Assembly (NCBI RefSeq): GCF_009914755.1 | Contig: NC_060927.1 | Length of the DNA: 64,000 bases | Source: the human T2T-CHM13v2.0 reference genome, Homo sapiens | Direction: 5' to 3' (one strand) | Shown here: piece by piece, positions 24,043-37,804 of the stretch | How the letters are laid out: every line of letters begins with the position of its first letter | Numbering within the stretch: position 1 is the stretch's first letter | Notes under the pieces: generated by a model | The model's input: the letters and a program-made list of their open reading frames with translations, nothing else | Told to the model about the DNA's origin: nothing | The model's database searches: none | Made by a program: the position numbers and the translations under genes

Positions 24043-25399
24043 TCATAGGTAAGGAAACTGAAATAAAGAGCATTTAAGTAACTTGCCTCCGGTTACCAAA
24101 TCGCTCTACTAGTTAGAGCCAAATTGAGGGATCTCAGTTTCAGACTCAAGGAATCTGGCCTCAGACTTTACTCTCAATCACTGCTCTGTACTCTTTCTAT
24201 AGTGCTTCATGAAAATCATTCTAGCAGCATGTGCAAGATAAAAGAAAAATAAGAGATCATGGAGATAGGAAGACCAGGTATTAAAATGATCCAGACAGAA
24301 AGAAACAAAGGCCTCAAATACACAATAGCCATAAGGCTGGAGAGTATAGAATAAATGAAAGAGATATTGGAGAAAAGAAGCTAAAAAGACTTGGAGACTA
24401 CCTGTGGAGAGCCTGGGAAAATTTGCAGGAAATGTTAGAATTCAAATAACTGTATTTTATGGATGCCCCTGGATAGGGCACATGCTTTTGTTTCTCTAAA
24501 GTCTACAACACTGTCTGTTGTCTCTTTGGCCCATCCCAGTCTTTTAATCTCTAGATTTGTCCGTCATAATATTTCAAATGGTATTTCCAAACCATCTCCT
24601 AGTTTCCCTCAAACAAGAACATAGACACTGAACAATTTCACAGTTGTATGACCAGTATTTTTCTAAAATAAAAATTACTTTTTACCCTGAAAATTTATAA
24701 TTATAAAATTTATGGCTAAAACTATTAAATATAAGAACCAACAACACTAACAACTACCAGAAAGGCCACACGATGGCAGCAAAGTATAGGGTACAAGCAG
24801 CAAGAGCCGGCGGCCTAGAGGGTGCTATGCACTGAATTCTCAGATTCCGTCTATTCTCTATTGAGTTCATACATATTAGTCAGCAGCTGTAATGCTAGTA
24901 ACATTATCTCCACACAGCACCTCACACTTTACAAAACTCCCACAGATACTTTCTCTCGTCTACTTCTTACCACCACTCTGAGAAGTCAACAGGAAAAGGA
25001 TCATGCTTTGTGTGGAGGATAAAGATGGAAGTTTTACTCCAGGTACTAGAAGCACCTCAGAGGCTCAAAGGTGAGACAAAGATCAAAACTTTGTCGTTGT
25101 TTCTTTTAGGATATGATCTGGGGAAATATAATATGAATGGGAATACTCTACCTTCAACTTTAGTGGGGAAAAAAATCTAAGGCTTTTTTAATAGAACTGG
25201 GAATTTTTTAAGGGGTTGGGGCTGTAAGTTATTCCTCACCGAAGTTGGAGAAAAAAAAAGGGAAAAGATAAGGAAAGGGAAAGGGCTTTCTTTTTTTAAG
25301 TAACAAAGGCTAAAAATTTTCTTAGAGATTATTATAGAAAGCTTAACTGGAGAGAAATATGCCTGGGGGGAAAAGCATGTATCCTCCAAATGGTGCTTG

Positions 25400-26217
<818 letters not shown>

Positions 26218-26799
26218 AGTGCTCTTGTGACTGTACTTCCTCCTGCCAGTGGGGAGCTCATGCATGTACACATTATGGACTCCTACCCTTCCCTGTGTTT
26301 AGTTGCTATAGAGCAATAATATCTGATCTCTGCTCCAAAATCTGACACCATTTTGCTGTATCCTCTCCTTGGGTTGTCTCCTCACCTGTAAAATAAGAGA
26401 GTTAGACCAGCCAATGGTCACAGTCAAAAGCGTTCTTGGTCTAAGAGGAAATGAACAGTAAGGCTTCAGAGAAATGAAAGCATTCATATTTTCTGCCAAT
26501 TACTTGTCATATTATAGTGGAATCAGCTATCTTATCTCTCTCATTAGTTTTGAGAGTGTTTTTGTTAATTTTTACGTTTTATTAAATATCTGCCTATTGT
26601 GGATATTTAATAAATCCTGAGACTATAGAGATGGGCAAGACAGAGTCCTTCTGCCAGGAAATCCATAACCCAGTAGGAGAGACAGATACATAACGTTATC
26701 ACTGTGAGGTAGTGTTCAAGCAGTAAGGAGAGATCCTTTGCATACATGAGCATAGAGCCCACGTGACCACTCTAGGCTATGGGTAGACTCAGGTATGAG

Positions 26800-26906
26800 A
26801 TAACATTTATTCAACCTTCGAGAACCAACTTAAGGGTGTCCTTCATAAAAGACCAACTTATGAAGGGCACACTTACGTTGGTTCTCCAAAGTTGAATAAA
26901 TGTTAT
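26800..26906. repeat. Long inverted repeat (48-bp arms, 9-nt spacer)
   Basis: taacatttattcaaccttcgagaaccaacttaagggtgtccttcataa vs the reverse complement of ttatgaagggcacacttacgttggttctccaaagttgaataaatgtta: 43/48 match by hand. Confidence 0.95.
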
Positions 26907-27134
26907 TAGCTGAGCAAAACAGGAGAAAACAGTACATGCGGAATAATCACCATGTCTAAAGATGCTAAAATGTGAAACCAACTGGTTAAGTGCCTTGGAT
27001 AAAGTACAGCGATGAAAGGTAGAAAAAAAATATTGTCTGCAAAGATAATCTTATGTGAACACTTGCTTTGGGGCCAAGCATCATAGCATATGCCTTTGTA
27101 TATTATATAATTTCTCATAACAGCCTTTGTGGTA

Positions 27135-27535
27135 GAATGTCAGTGTAGGTTAAGCTGTGCTGAGGTAACAAACAACCCTCAAATATCAGTTGCTTCATCT
27201 AATGAATGTTTATTTCTCATCCACACATAGTCTGCTGTGGATTTGAGTCATTCCTCAGGACAGTTGTCTTCTGTGTGTAGCCTCAGCATTCTATCTCCTT
27301 AATTTCTATGGAACCCTCGTATTCCTATGTTTTCACATTCAGCAAAGGAACGTCTGGAGAATTCAGTACCAGTAATTGAATATTTATACACAGAAGTGAC
27401 ATATAGCTATTGTGCTTACATTTCTTTTGCCAAGCAAGTCATTTGTACACACCTAACTTCAAAGGCCAGGGAAAGATAATGTCCAAAATTAGAGGAGAAG
27501 CAGGTATTGGGGAACTGAAGTAAGATTTATCGCAG
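27135..27535 (-). mobile_element. Old MLT1 (J/K/L-like) LTR
   Basis: gctgtgctgaggtaacaaacaaccctcaaatatcagttgctt; cagaagtgac...gcttacatttcttttgccaagcaagtc...cctaacttcaaagg. Confidence 0.75.
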
Positions 27536-27539
27536 GTAG

Positions 27540-27672
27540 CCACCAAATTATTCTCATTTTACAGAAGAGGAAATTGAGATATAGAGAAGTTAGTCATAGT
27601 CACACAACTGGTAAGTTGCAGAATGAGGATTTGAACTCAGATCTGTCTGATTCCAGATCTTACACTTTCTTT
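27540..27672 (-). mobile_element. MIR
   Basis: cattttacagaagaggaaattgag...gtcacacaactggtaagttgcagaatgaggatttgaactcagatctgtctgattcc. Confidence 0.8.
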
Positions 27673-29159
27673 ATTGAGAAACGCATGTGCCATACAAATA
27701 AGTTTGGACTTTATCCTAATGATAACAGGGAATTACTGGAAGGTTGCAATAGGGAAAACACGACTCATATTTATGCTTTAGAAATATGTGTATAAAACAA
27801 TGATTGGGGAAGAACAGGACTAAGGATGTGAGGATACTAGCGCTGCTATGACAATTTTTGGAAGAGAAAAGATAAGGCCCTACACTGAGCCAGTGCCGTA
27901 AAAGTGCCAGTGATGACTGCAAGGAGGCAGAAGTTCCAAAGGCAAGTAAGAACCAGAATCTATAGGTTTTAATAAATGAGTGAATAGTTAGGATGAAGAA
28001 AAAAGAAAAGAGGACAGAATATGATTAGCAAGGTCCAGGCTTGAGCAAGGAGGAAGACAGAGGTGCCATATACCAAGACAGGGATGTAATACAAGCATCA
28101 GGCTAGCTGTGTTTGTTTGCTTTTGTTTTCCATGGGGGGGAGGGCCATAGGTGGTTTGGATTTGAACATACTGAATTTGAGTTGCCTATGGAAATCCAAG
28201 TAGAGAGCTCCAGCAGACATTTAGGCATATGTATGTTAAACTTATCAAAAAAAGATTTTAGTTACAGATAAATACTTGGGGAAAAACATGCAAATCTGGT
28301 AGTCCAAATATGTGATTAATGATATTGCCAAAGAGAAAAAAAGACAGGCTGGCACAAACACTATAAAAGATAAAGGTTTATGATGTGTCTGGAGGTGGGG
28401 ATTTCATCATAGTCACCTTTGATCTCTCAGCCTAATTAAGGACTGAGTCTGGAAGTTTCCCCAAATTTGGTTAGCTGGATTTATGAAACAGAAAACATAC
28501 CAGAGTGTACATCATGTGGACATAAGAATAACATCTGCTGTATTCATAGCACCATATTGTCTACAGCACATCTAGTAGTATGCAGATCCCCAAACTTCAC
28601 AATCCTGGAAATCAACACACACACACACATCCATACATTGTTTTATCTTTTCATAAAATATTTTTATTGATTTTGGCTTATTACCAAAAAAAGTTCACTG
28701 TAACAGTAATAATATGTATAAGAAAAAATAAAACTAAATAAAAAATAAGATTATAACCTTAGCACATCCCTTTTTAATAACTATTCTAAGCTGGAAGCTC
28801 ACTTTCTGGCATCCGTCCTAGCAAGGCTAGGAAAGTAAATGACGTAGTAATGGAAAAGGGAGGGGAAACAGACGGGGAGTTCTATTCATTTAGGGTTCCG
28901 TGATTCCATTAACCTTCTGATTCTTCAGAGCTTCTCCACACCTTTCCAATTCCTCTCTGCTTTCATTTCTACATTGGTGTTGGGGGGGAAAAACAAACCT
29001 TATTAGCCACACATAAACATCTTCCATTAAACTGCTCTAAAGCAATTACTGCTGTTAACACAGTTAATGGACTGTCAATGTCAAATGTGAAACCTTTTCT
29101 CCTGGAAAGGCAACAATGACTTCGTGAAATCGTTTTCTGTGCTGTAGCAGAAAGGGAGG

Positions 29160-29720
29160 AATTCTGGAGGATCGCTCTTTCTGCAAACATCGCGGTCTGT
29201 GAAATCTGCCCCCTAAAAAACAAACAAACAAAAAAACCAAACCAAAACAAAAAAACCCTGATCATACGCCTGTTATCCTAAAATAGCACCTTCCTCCATT
29301 ATGCCGAGGTTCAGCGCAAAACTGACTCATGCAGTACCGGGATCGCTGCCAGAGCGACGGAGCGCGCGAGCAGCGCGGCATCAACAGGCAGAAGGTGCCA
29401 CGGGGCGGACGGGACCCACTGCCCGGGTCCAGACTTTCCATCCGAGAAAGCAAAAGCTTTCAGTATCCAACTTATTAGAAGATAACATCTTGATAGGGTT
29501 CTCGGGCCTTCTTAAAATAAATCTGTCAGACTGTGCTTTTGAATCTGTCCTGTGTCAAGGTTGCTCCCCCAGGGCAGGGCAGCAATTTAGCTTTTGCAAG
29601 ATCCTGCACTTGCTCCTCAAACGCCAAAGCAGCAACGCGAGCAACTTCCGAGCAGCTGCTTCTTCCCCACTCAAAGCCACATCACCAACTTCCTCAGCAG
29701 CAGCCCCAGCAGCAATCTGG
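29160..29720. promoter_or_regulatory. Small CpG-rich non-repeat element, candidate promoter/enhancer
   Basis: About 16 CpG in 29301-29445 against a CpG-poor background; AP-1 TGACTCA 29323-29329; GC box ggggcgga ~29402; ETS acttccg ~29644; E-box cagctg ~29653. Confidence 0.65.
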
Positions 29721-31170
29721 GTGTTCAATCTATCTCGATCTCACAATGCCCATGCCTCCTAGAGGTCTTCCCAGAGCTTAGGAGTCTTTGCCCCTCCTGG
29801 GAACTTTCTGAGGGTCCATATAGTGGTCCTTAGCACTATTGCTGTTTTTTTTTTTTTTTAATTTTAGTTGTAATATACGAGTGTTAGCAATCCTCATACA
29901 TCTCTGACTTATCCACAGTGCCTAGTATACAATGGACAATTTAGTGAACAATGAATAAATCAGAATATTGAGGCTTAGGAAACTAGGACCCATCACGAAC
30001 CTTCTCATAGTAATCCAGATCCTGGATGGAAGCTTTTAATAAACACAACTTCTGTTTTCCTTCCTCTTTGTTTTTTATTTCTTCTCGAAAGAGACTTAAT
30101 TGAAGAAAATGAGCTCTTTCACTTCTTCCATCCTCCAGGAACATAAAACTGACAGCCTCCTCCAAATGATTATTTAGCATTTAATGATTTATTCCTTGAG
30201 CGCCCAGTTGATCTTCCTTGGGCCCATTTGAAGAACTCTTGTAGCAAGGGGAAAATTCACATGATCATGCACAGCGTCAAGCTCCATTTACCTTTTGTCC
30301 TTTAATGATACTGATGAGCAGGCAGGTGATTTAAAAGAGAACAAATGGTCATTAAAATTAATCAAAAGGACACAATAAGGAAAAATGTGCTATATAAGGG
30401 CAACATAAGTTTTGTAGTGACACAAACAGAACAAAACAAACAAAACTCAAAGGAATGCAAAGGTGGCATGTATAGTATTTTAGCCCTTTAATTTGAACCC
30501 AAGGACTTAAATATGCACAGTTTTATGCACAGACAAATACCACTCATTGGGGCCAAATACACAGTAACAATGCTAAAAGTTTACCCCTTAGACTATTTTT
30601 AGAAATTACATACTAAACTATTTTAATCAGAGCTATAAAGCACACAGTGACCCATTCACAATTTACACCAAGAATTCTGTTTTTATGTACAATTTAAAAT
30701 GCAGGGGACTCACTGTCATCACAATGGCAATGTATAGAACATTTTAAAAGCCTACAATGAGAAATAGGAGCCATTTCATGGTCATCCTCATAGTTTTTCC
30801 AACCGTTAGAATTACTTTATATAAAATAAATATTTAGTAAATGTTAGAAAAAGGGAGAGAGAAAATGAGGGAAGAAGGGTGATGACATGACTCTAGGAAT
30901 GAAGAAATGGCATTCGGAAAAGGTATTTTCTTTTATACTTGGGAAAGCAAAGGACAGAAGTAATGAGCAAAACTTTATACTAAAGAGTCTCATTCTATAT
31001 TCAGTGGTCAGAACTAGGAAAGGTTATTTTGGAAAGTTGTTCTCTTCCTATAGGATAGGGGTTCTCAGTGCTTATGGAACCTACTTCTGAACTGGCCTTA
31101 AAAATAATCTTGGAAAGGGAATGGTTGGTGCCTTGTGGAGCTTAAAAAAAAAAAGGATAGTCAATATACC

Positions 31171-31603
31171 TGTGATGGTCAATTTTATGTGTCAACTTGA
31201 CCAGCCAAAGAGTGTCCAGATATATGTTCAAATATTATTCTAAGTATTCCTGCAACGTTGTTTTTGGATGAGATTAACATTTAAATCAGTAGAGTGAGTA
31301 AAGCAAATTGACCTCTGTAATGGTGGGTGGGCCTCATCCAATCAGTTGAAGGCCTGAGTAGAACAAAAAGTTAACTCTCCCCTGATTAAGACAGAAATTC
31401 CTACCTGAAGGCCTTTGAACTGGAGCATCAACTCTTCCTGGTTCTACAGCAGCCTACTAGCCTTCGGACTTAAACTGGGACACTGGCTCTGCAGACAGTG
31501 GACCAGCCTCAATAATCACATGAGCCAATTTCTTATAATAAATAAATAAATAAAAAAAAATCTCCTATTGGTTCCAATTCTCCAGAGACCCCTGACTAAC
31601 ATA
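31171..31603 (+). mobile_element. MLT2 solo LTR
   Basis: tgtgatggtcaattttatgtgtcaacttgac...gagacccctgactaacata; 5-bp TSD atacc on both sides. Confidence 0.92.
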
Positions 31604-32669
31604 ATACCTATTTTACGATACTTATTAGAAAAAATAAAACCCAACCAAATTTGGGTATAAGAAACAAACAGAGCAAGAAGACATTTCAAAAGCGGTCTGA
31701 GTTTTAAAATGTCAACACTGCTGGTGTGTCAGCAACATTTAATTGCCATCTTATCCATGCCCTTCCTCTTACATGTTCAGCAAGTGTCATTTAGTCTTCA
31801 TTTAAGTTAGGAACAAAAGTTCAATAATAGGTTTAACCCAGTTTTCTCCTTTCCCAGCCTCTTTTACCCTAAGGTGCCCTTAAAGCAAGGGCCTCTGCCC
31901 AGCCATTCCCTAACAGAGGATCATGGGAGTGAAGTATAGTGTCTTTCCTGTCCAGATTAAACATTATCGTTGAGCTACAAAGCTAGATGCTGCTTTGGGA
32001 AGGGATCACATACAGGACTCTTGTATTTTACTGACTTTTCTGCAATTAATAATCTACTTCTCATAGTACATATCCTAAAACTTAAAAGGAGTGCAGAAGT
32101 TAGCTAGTCAATATTGTTTATTTTGGATATGGAGAAACAAAGCCTCAGAGGAGAAAAATGTCCTATCTGTACCATACAGCAATTATTAGCAGATCTGTAA
32201 AGCCTGCTATATAATGAAGCCTCAATTCTTAGCATGTCTTTAAGATGCAAGAATTTTTAAAAAGTGTAGTTGGAGCTTCATGAAAATCCACTATGTCTGC
32301 TCTGCAGGAGGGGCTATGCTTCTGACCCTTTACCATATAAACTTTTGCTTAAAGATCAAATCAAGAAAATAAACCTCTGAATCTCTAAGTAGCACTGCAC
32401 AATTGGATAGTTCATGTCGTCCTACTCAAAAATGGGCCACCTCCTGTCAATGAAACCAGACTTCCAAAACATAGGTTATCATAGCATTCCCCATTCAAAC
32501 CCCTGCAATGATTCTCCATTGCTTAGGGGGGATGAGGGCAAATGTTCAAATGCTTAGCCTAAAATTTAAGAACCTCCATAATCAAAGCTTAACCTACTCT
32601 AGCAACACATATTTGTTGAATACTACTGTGTACTAGGTACAATAATTGAGACAGTAGATAAAAATGCAT

Positions 32670-32888
32670 CTTTGGAAGTGACTCCTCCAGCCCAGTCAAA
32701 CTTTCAGGTAACTGCACATGCAGAAGTGGTCACCTGCTTAACAGCAATCTCATGAGAGACCCTGAACCAGAGCCACCCAGCTAAGCCGCTCCCAAATGTC
32801 TGGCCCACAGAAACTGTGAGATAATGAATAGTTATTTTAAGCCACTGAGTTTTGGGATAATCTTTTATGCAATAATGGATAATGTACA
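32670..32888 (+). mobile_element. MLT1 (F-like) LTR 3' part
   Basis: cccagtcaaactttcagg...gagaccctgaaccagagccacccagctaagcc...cccacagaaactgtgagataat...ttttaagccactgagttttgggat. Confidence 0.85.
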
Positions 32889-33265
32889 CATCCATGAACA
32901 GATAAATGGATAAACAGACTATGGTATATCCATACAATGGAATACAACTAAGCAATAACAAGAGGTGAACTATTATTATATATAACATGCTTTAAAATCT
33001 CAAATAATTACATGGAGTGAAGTAAGCCTAGAAGAGACAAACTAATCAATTATGATGGAAAACAAGTAGTGATTGCCTAAGGATGGAGAGGAGGCAAAGA
33101 GAGAAAGAGTTCAAACACGTACAATGAAACTCTGGGGATGCAATTGTTATATTCATTAATTTTATCATGGTAATAGTTTCATGTCAAAATTTGTCAAATT
33201 GTACATTTTAATTGTGCACAGTTTGTTGTAATCTGTCAATTAAACCTCAATAGAGCTATAAAAAA
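32889..33265 (+). mobile_element. L1ME-type 3'UTR
   Basis: aaatggataaacagactatggtatatccatacaatggaatac...tgtcaattaaacctcaatagagct. Confidence 0.75.
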
Positions 33266-33390
33266 TCAAGTAAAAATGGTGATCAAAGCATTGGCATTGG
33301 CCCTGTCCTAATGTACTTCAGTTTGGAATAAAGGACATTAACTTCGCTAATAGCCACAGTGCAGTGGAAGAAGGGCTAACACAGCAACAT

Positions 33391-33448
33391 GGAGGAGGAA
33401 GAGGAGGAGGAGGAGAAGAAAGAGGAGGAAGAGGAGGAGGAGGAGGAA
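33391..33448 (+). repeat. (GGA/AGA)n purine tract
   Basis: ggaggaggaagaggaggaggaggagaagaaagaggaggaagaggaggaggaggagga. Confidence 0.9.
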
Positions 33449-34657
33449 AGTCTCCTGTTCTCTGCCTCCCACTAGGGCTTCCATATTGAAGTCCTTTCTT
33501 TGTTTTTCCTTTTCCTTCTTTTGGTACCACTTAGCCAGTAGGGTTTGCTAATGCTTTTTTTTTGCATTTAGGTTTTGGTCCCTCTTAAGCCTAGTTTCTT
33601 TCTAATTCAGACTGATTTTTTTTTAAAGATCTATTCTGGATCTCTTCTCTAAATGACTCTGGCCTATTGATAAACTTTTCACCCCAACAAATAATCTGTA
33701 GGGTGTTGAGAAGCTTTAAACTGATATATGTAGCACCTAGCTGCCACTTTATGAATAGTTAATACATTGTAATTATTATGTTGATATTGTTACTACTATA
33801 AGGTTATATTCTATGATAAATATGAAAAAGGTACTTGAAAAAAATAACTAAGGTTTTCTTTCATCAATAGATTTTTTACTTGCAATGAAAATTTTAGAAT
33901 TGTAATTTCACCATCCAAATAACCTTTGTTTTAAATCATCAGATAAATCAGGTCACTGAGGGGAAAGGGTGAGTTGGGGTTAAACATTAACAAATCCTTT
34001 GGGAGGTCAGGCAATTGAATGATGTCTTTTCCAGCACATTTATGCAGCCCTTTTTTTTCTGCTTACAAAAGAAGAAAAATAATGAATGTTGCCTTTGGGT
34101 TAGAAAAGTACAGCACAGGGAAAGAACCATCTCTCACTTTATAATATGTAAAACAATTTCATATTCACCATATGATTTCATCCGCACAGCAACCATGTTG
34201 TAACAAAGGCAGGGAATGTTACCCAATCACACAGATGAGAGAGCTGAAGGTAAGTCAGATAAAGTAACTTGCCAAATACCACGCAAGCTAGTTTTAGAAC
34301 AACTGACTCTAAATCTTGCACATTTTCCATAACACTGAAATGTTTAAGAAGAAAGTTTGATTGGAAAAGGAGGTAAGAAAAGGAAGTATTGTGTGACTTA
34401 AAGTAAAGAGTAATGTCTTAGAAAGGTACTGAGGGGAAATCAGGTCAATGTCTTACCTGCATGCTATGGCCTCTCCTTATACTAAGAGAATGATTAAATA
34501 AATGATAATTAAATCCATCAGATACATTATTTAAGAATACTTGATGGTATGGAAAAAAAATGCTCATATTTTAATATTAAGTTTGAAAGGCAGAGAAAGA
34601 ACAACAGTTTAGTCCCAAATCTGCTAGGTGGCAGGGGAGGGCAGAAAAATAAATCAT

Positions 34658-35127
34658 CATGTTTATTGCGGCACTATTCACAATAGCAAAGACTTGGAAC
34701 CAACCCAAATGCCCATCAGTGATAGACTGGACAAAGAAAATGTGACACATAGACACCATGGAATACTATGCAGCCATAAAAAAGGACGAGTTCATGTTCT
34801 TTGCAGGGACAGGGGATGAAGCTGGTAACCATCATTCTTGGCAAACTAACACAAGAACAGAGTACCAAACACTGTATGTCTCACTCATAAGTGGGAATTG
34901 AACAATGAGAACACCGGGACACAGGGAGGGAACATCACACACCAGGGCCTGTCGGCGGGTGGGGGACTAGGGGAGGGATAGCATTAGGAGAAATACCTAA
35001 TGTAGATGATGGGTTAATGGGTGCAGCAAACCACAATGGCACGTGTATACCTATGTAACAAACCTGCACATTCTGCACATGTATCCCAGAACTTAAAGTG
35101 TAATAAAAAATAAATAAATAAATAATA
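34658..35127 (+). mobile_element. 5'-truncated L1PA (PA7/8-like) 3' end
   Basis: atgtttattgcggcactattcacaatagcaaagacttggaacc...gtagatgatgggttaatgggtgcagcaaacc...acttaaagtgtaataaa plus (TAAA)n tail. Confidence 0.93.
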
Positions 35128-36084
35128 CTAATGGTAGCCATGCTCTTTCTGGTGGTGAGACAATAAACGATTTTGTGTTTGTTTATTCTTTTCTATACTT
35201 TTCTACTTTTGAACTGTGAGCATATTGTCCTTAGTGCAAGAAATAGAATCTTTTTTTAAATGAACAAATGGTTCTGAGAGTCATTGTGCTTATCTTCTAA
35301 ATATTTGGCCCTTTGTATGTACTCGGTTCCAGCAGCAAAACACTCACAAAGGGTATATGTAACAAAGTGGAAACATGATCCTGCCAACTTTACCTGGAAT
35401 GCTATGTGCATTTTGGCAGTGTTGGAGAGATGAAACCAGAACAGACTTAGAAAAAAGCTGGGACAGAGAACAAAGGAAGAGGAAACTCTGCCATATGGCA
35501 TAGAGGAATTCACTAAAATTTAGGAATCTTAAATAGAGATCCCTTAAGACTAAAGTGATATGATTGAGGTTCATAAAATAATTTGTCATTATATATTTGA
35601 ATATCTGAATACCACTGTACTTTACTCTCCTGAATAATAACTGTTTTACTCATCTTTCTAATCTCACAATGATATGCATAGTATTGGCAAATAGCAGGTG
35701 CCTGAATTGAGTTGTAGTTTATAGGTTGAATAAACATGTATTTATCCAAGAAGTCTTAAAATACTAATGTGAAGTTGTTAGATAAAGCCCTAAAAGGATG
35801 CTTCAATTCAAACAAAACAAAAGAAAATGCTCTTTTTATGACAAGCAGTAACTATGGGTAAATATTTGGCTCCAAAGAAAGGTGCAGGGAGATAGCAAGG
35901 TCTAGTGAAAGGGGTTATGGTTGGCGGGGGGCAGGATATCTAAAATAGCAACATTGTACATTCACTTCATGAAAGATAATCGTGTTCTCTATGGCAACAA
36001 AAAATATTTTTGGTACATTTGTCTGAAAGATAATTTCAAACTCTAGTTACCTGTGTAATATCAAATTAATACCAAGTAAGTAAT

Positions 36085-36345
36085 AGTAAATAAAAACACT
36101 TTGTTTATGTAGCAATCACAATGTGCCAGACACTGCTCTAAGCACTTTACATATATTAACTAATTTAGTCTTCCTAAACTTCCCTGTCGATAGGTACTAT
36201 TATTCTCCTTGTTCCTTTCTTTTTACTGGAGTAAAGGAAGATTGAGTGATTTGCCCAAGGTCACGCAGCTAGGAAATATTTAGTAAAGCCAGGATTTAAA
36301 CCCAAGTCTTGTGGCTCCAGAGTCTGCATTCTTAACCCTTTACTG
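36085..36345 (-). mobile_element. MIR
   Basis: tgtgccagacactgctctaagcactttacatatattaac...gatttgcccaaggtcacgcagctag...ggctccagagtctg. Confidence 0.85.
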
Positions 36346-37452
36346 TCTTTTAAGATAAAACAACAACAATAACAACAATGCATATATTCAAAACTTATTT
36401 ATTAACTGCTCTTATTCCTTAATTTCATGGCAGTTTTGCCTCTCAGATTAGATTTGTAAGTAGGAAGTGTGTCTTTAATTTTTGTCCCACCTAACCTCAG
36501 AGACACCCAGTACTTTTAGAGCCAAGTAATAGATATTCTTCTGCTATGATGTGTCTGATCTTTACTTGCTGGACATTCAAATTTCTTTTGATAATATTAC
36601 CTTTTTCACTCAAATTATCAAATGAAAAGAAAAAAACAACTCCCTGGACAGTTAATGAGAAAATAAGAACTGGGTCACCATATGTAAAATGATTTGCGGA
36701 TTTGATTTTAGTTCTCCTGTTATTGCAAAGCGAGTAGCTCATATTATTCCCACCTGCAAAGGAACAGCCTTCATGAACTACATTTTCACCACATAGACAC
36801 ACACATCCACTTTCTATAAGAATGCTCAGCCCATCTGCTCACATTTAAAAATACCAATTGAAGACCTCCCACGCTGCCTTGGTTTGTAAAATGTCTATCA
36901 CCAAATCTTCATTCCAACACTCCTTTAAGTTTATAATTTCTTTTTCTCTTTTCTTTTAATGATTTTCACTAGTTCTTTTTCAAGTACCTAATGTTCATCA
37001 TTAAGGTTTTTCTGAAATAGACAATGGTCTTTAAAATACAGGGTTTCAATGTTATTTCCATCTATGATGTGTCTTCATTTTGAGGAAACATTTTCCTATT
37101 TGGGAAAAGGTTACCTTGCACCCTGGTAATAAGGCTGTTTCCAATAAAGAAAATTAAGATCTCTATCTGTTCTCAAGGTACAAGACTTGATTACAGCACT
37201 ATGAAAAGCAATTCTTAAAACACACACACACATACATACACACACACAAAGAAAAGATGAAATTGTGCAGACAACTCATTCTCAAGATACATTTAAGAGA
37301 GTAAAAACTGAATTGCGCATATATATTCCTGAACAAGGAGTGGAGGTATTTGTTGGGGTAGGCACTTCCTGTATCTCCATGAAAATATCCCCTGGAGGAT
37401 AGGTAAGCTCAGGACACACAAGCACTGTTTCCATGTTGCTGTAAACCACATG

Positions 37453-37770
37453 TTATTATTATCATTATTATTGAGACGAAGTCTCTCTCTGTCACCCAGG
37501 TTCGAGTGCAGTGGCATGATCTTGGCTCTCTGCAACCACTGCCTCCGGGGTTCAATGCCTCTGGGATTCAAGTGATTTTCCTGCCTCAGCCTCCCGAGTA
37601 GCTGGGACTACAGGTGTGTGCCACCACACCCAGCTAGTTTTTGTATTTTTCAATAGAGACAGTTTTCTCCATGTTGCCCAGGCTGGTGTTGAACTCCTGA
37701 CCTCAGGTGGTCGGACCATCTCGGCCTCCCCAAATGCTCAGATTACAGGTGTGAGCCACTGCACCTGGCC
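37453..37770 (-). mobile_element. AluS with (ATT)n tail and an internal 16-bp duplication
   Basis: Antisense dimer; TSD ccacatgttatt. Confidence 0.93.
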
Positions 37771-37804
37771 CCACATGTTATTCTTCTAAGAGCCTCAAGC
37801 TCAG

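Larger units (their letters stand above)
26575..28335 (-). mobile_element. Fragmented L2 with nested MIR and MLT1
   Basis: Antisense L2 motifs (gtaggagagacagata; tttggactttatcctaatgataacaggga; tttgaacatactgaatttgagttgcctatggaaatccaag). Confidence 0.65.

Noticed and set aside
29262-29833. ORFs over the CpG patch (153 aa on +, 63 aa on -) as a coding exon
   Set aside because: No recognisable protein, several competing frames, and higher GC explains the scarcity of stops
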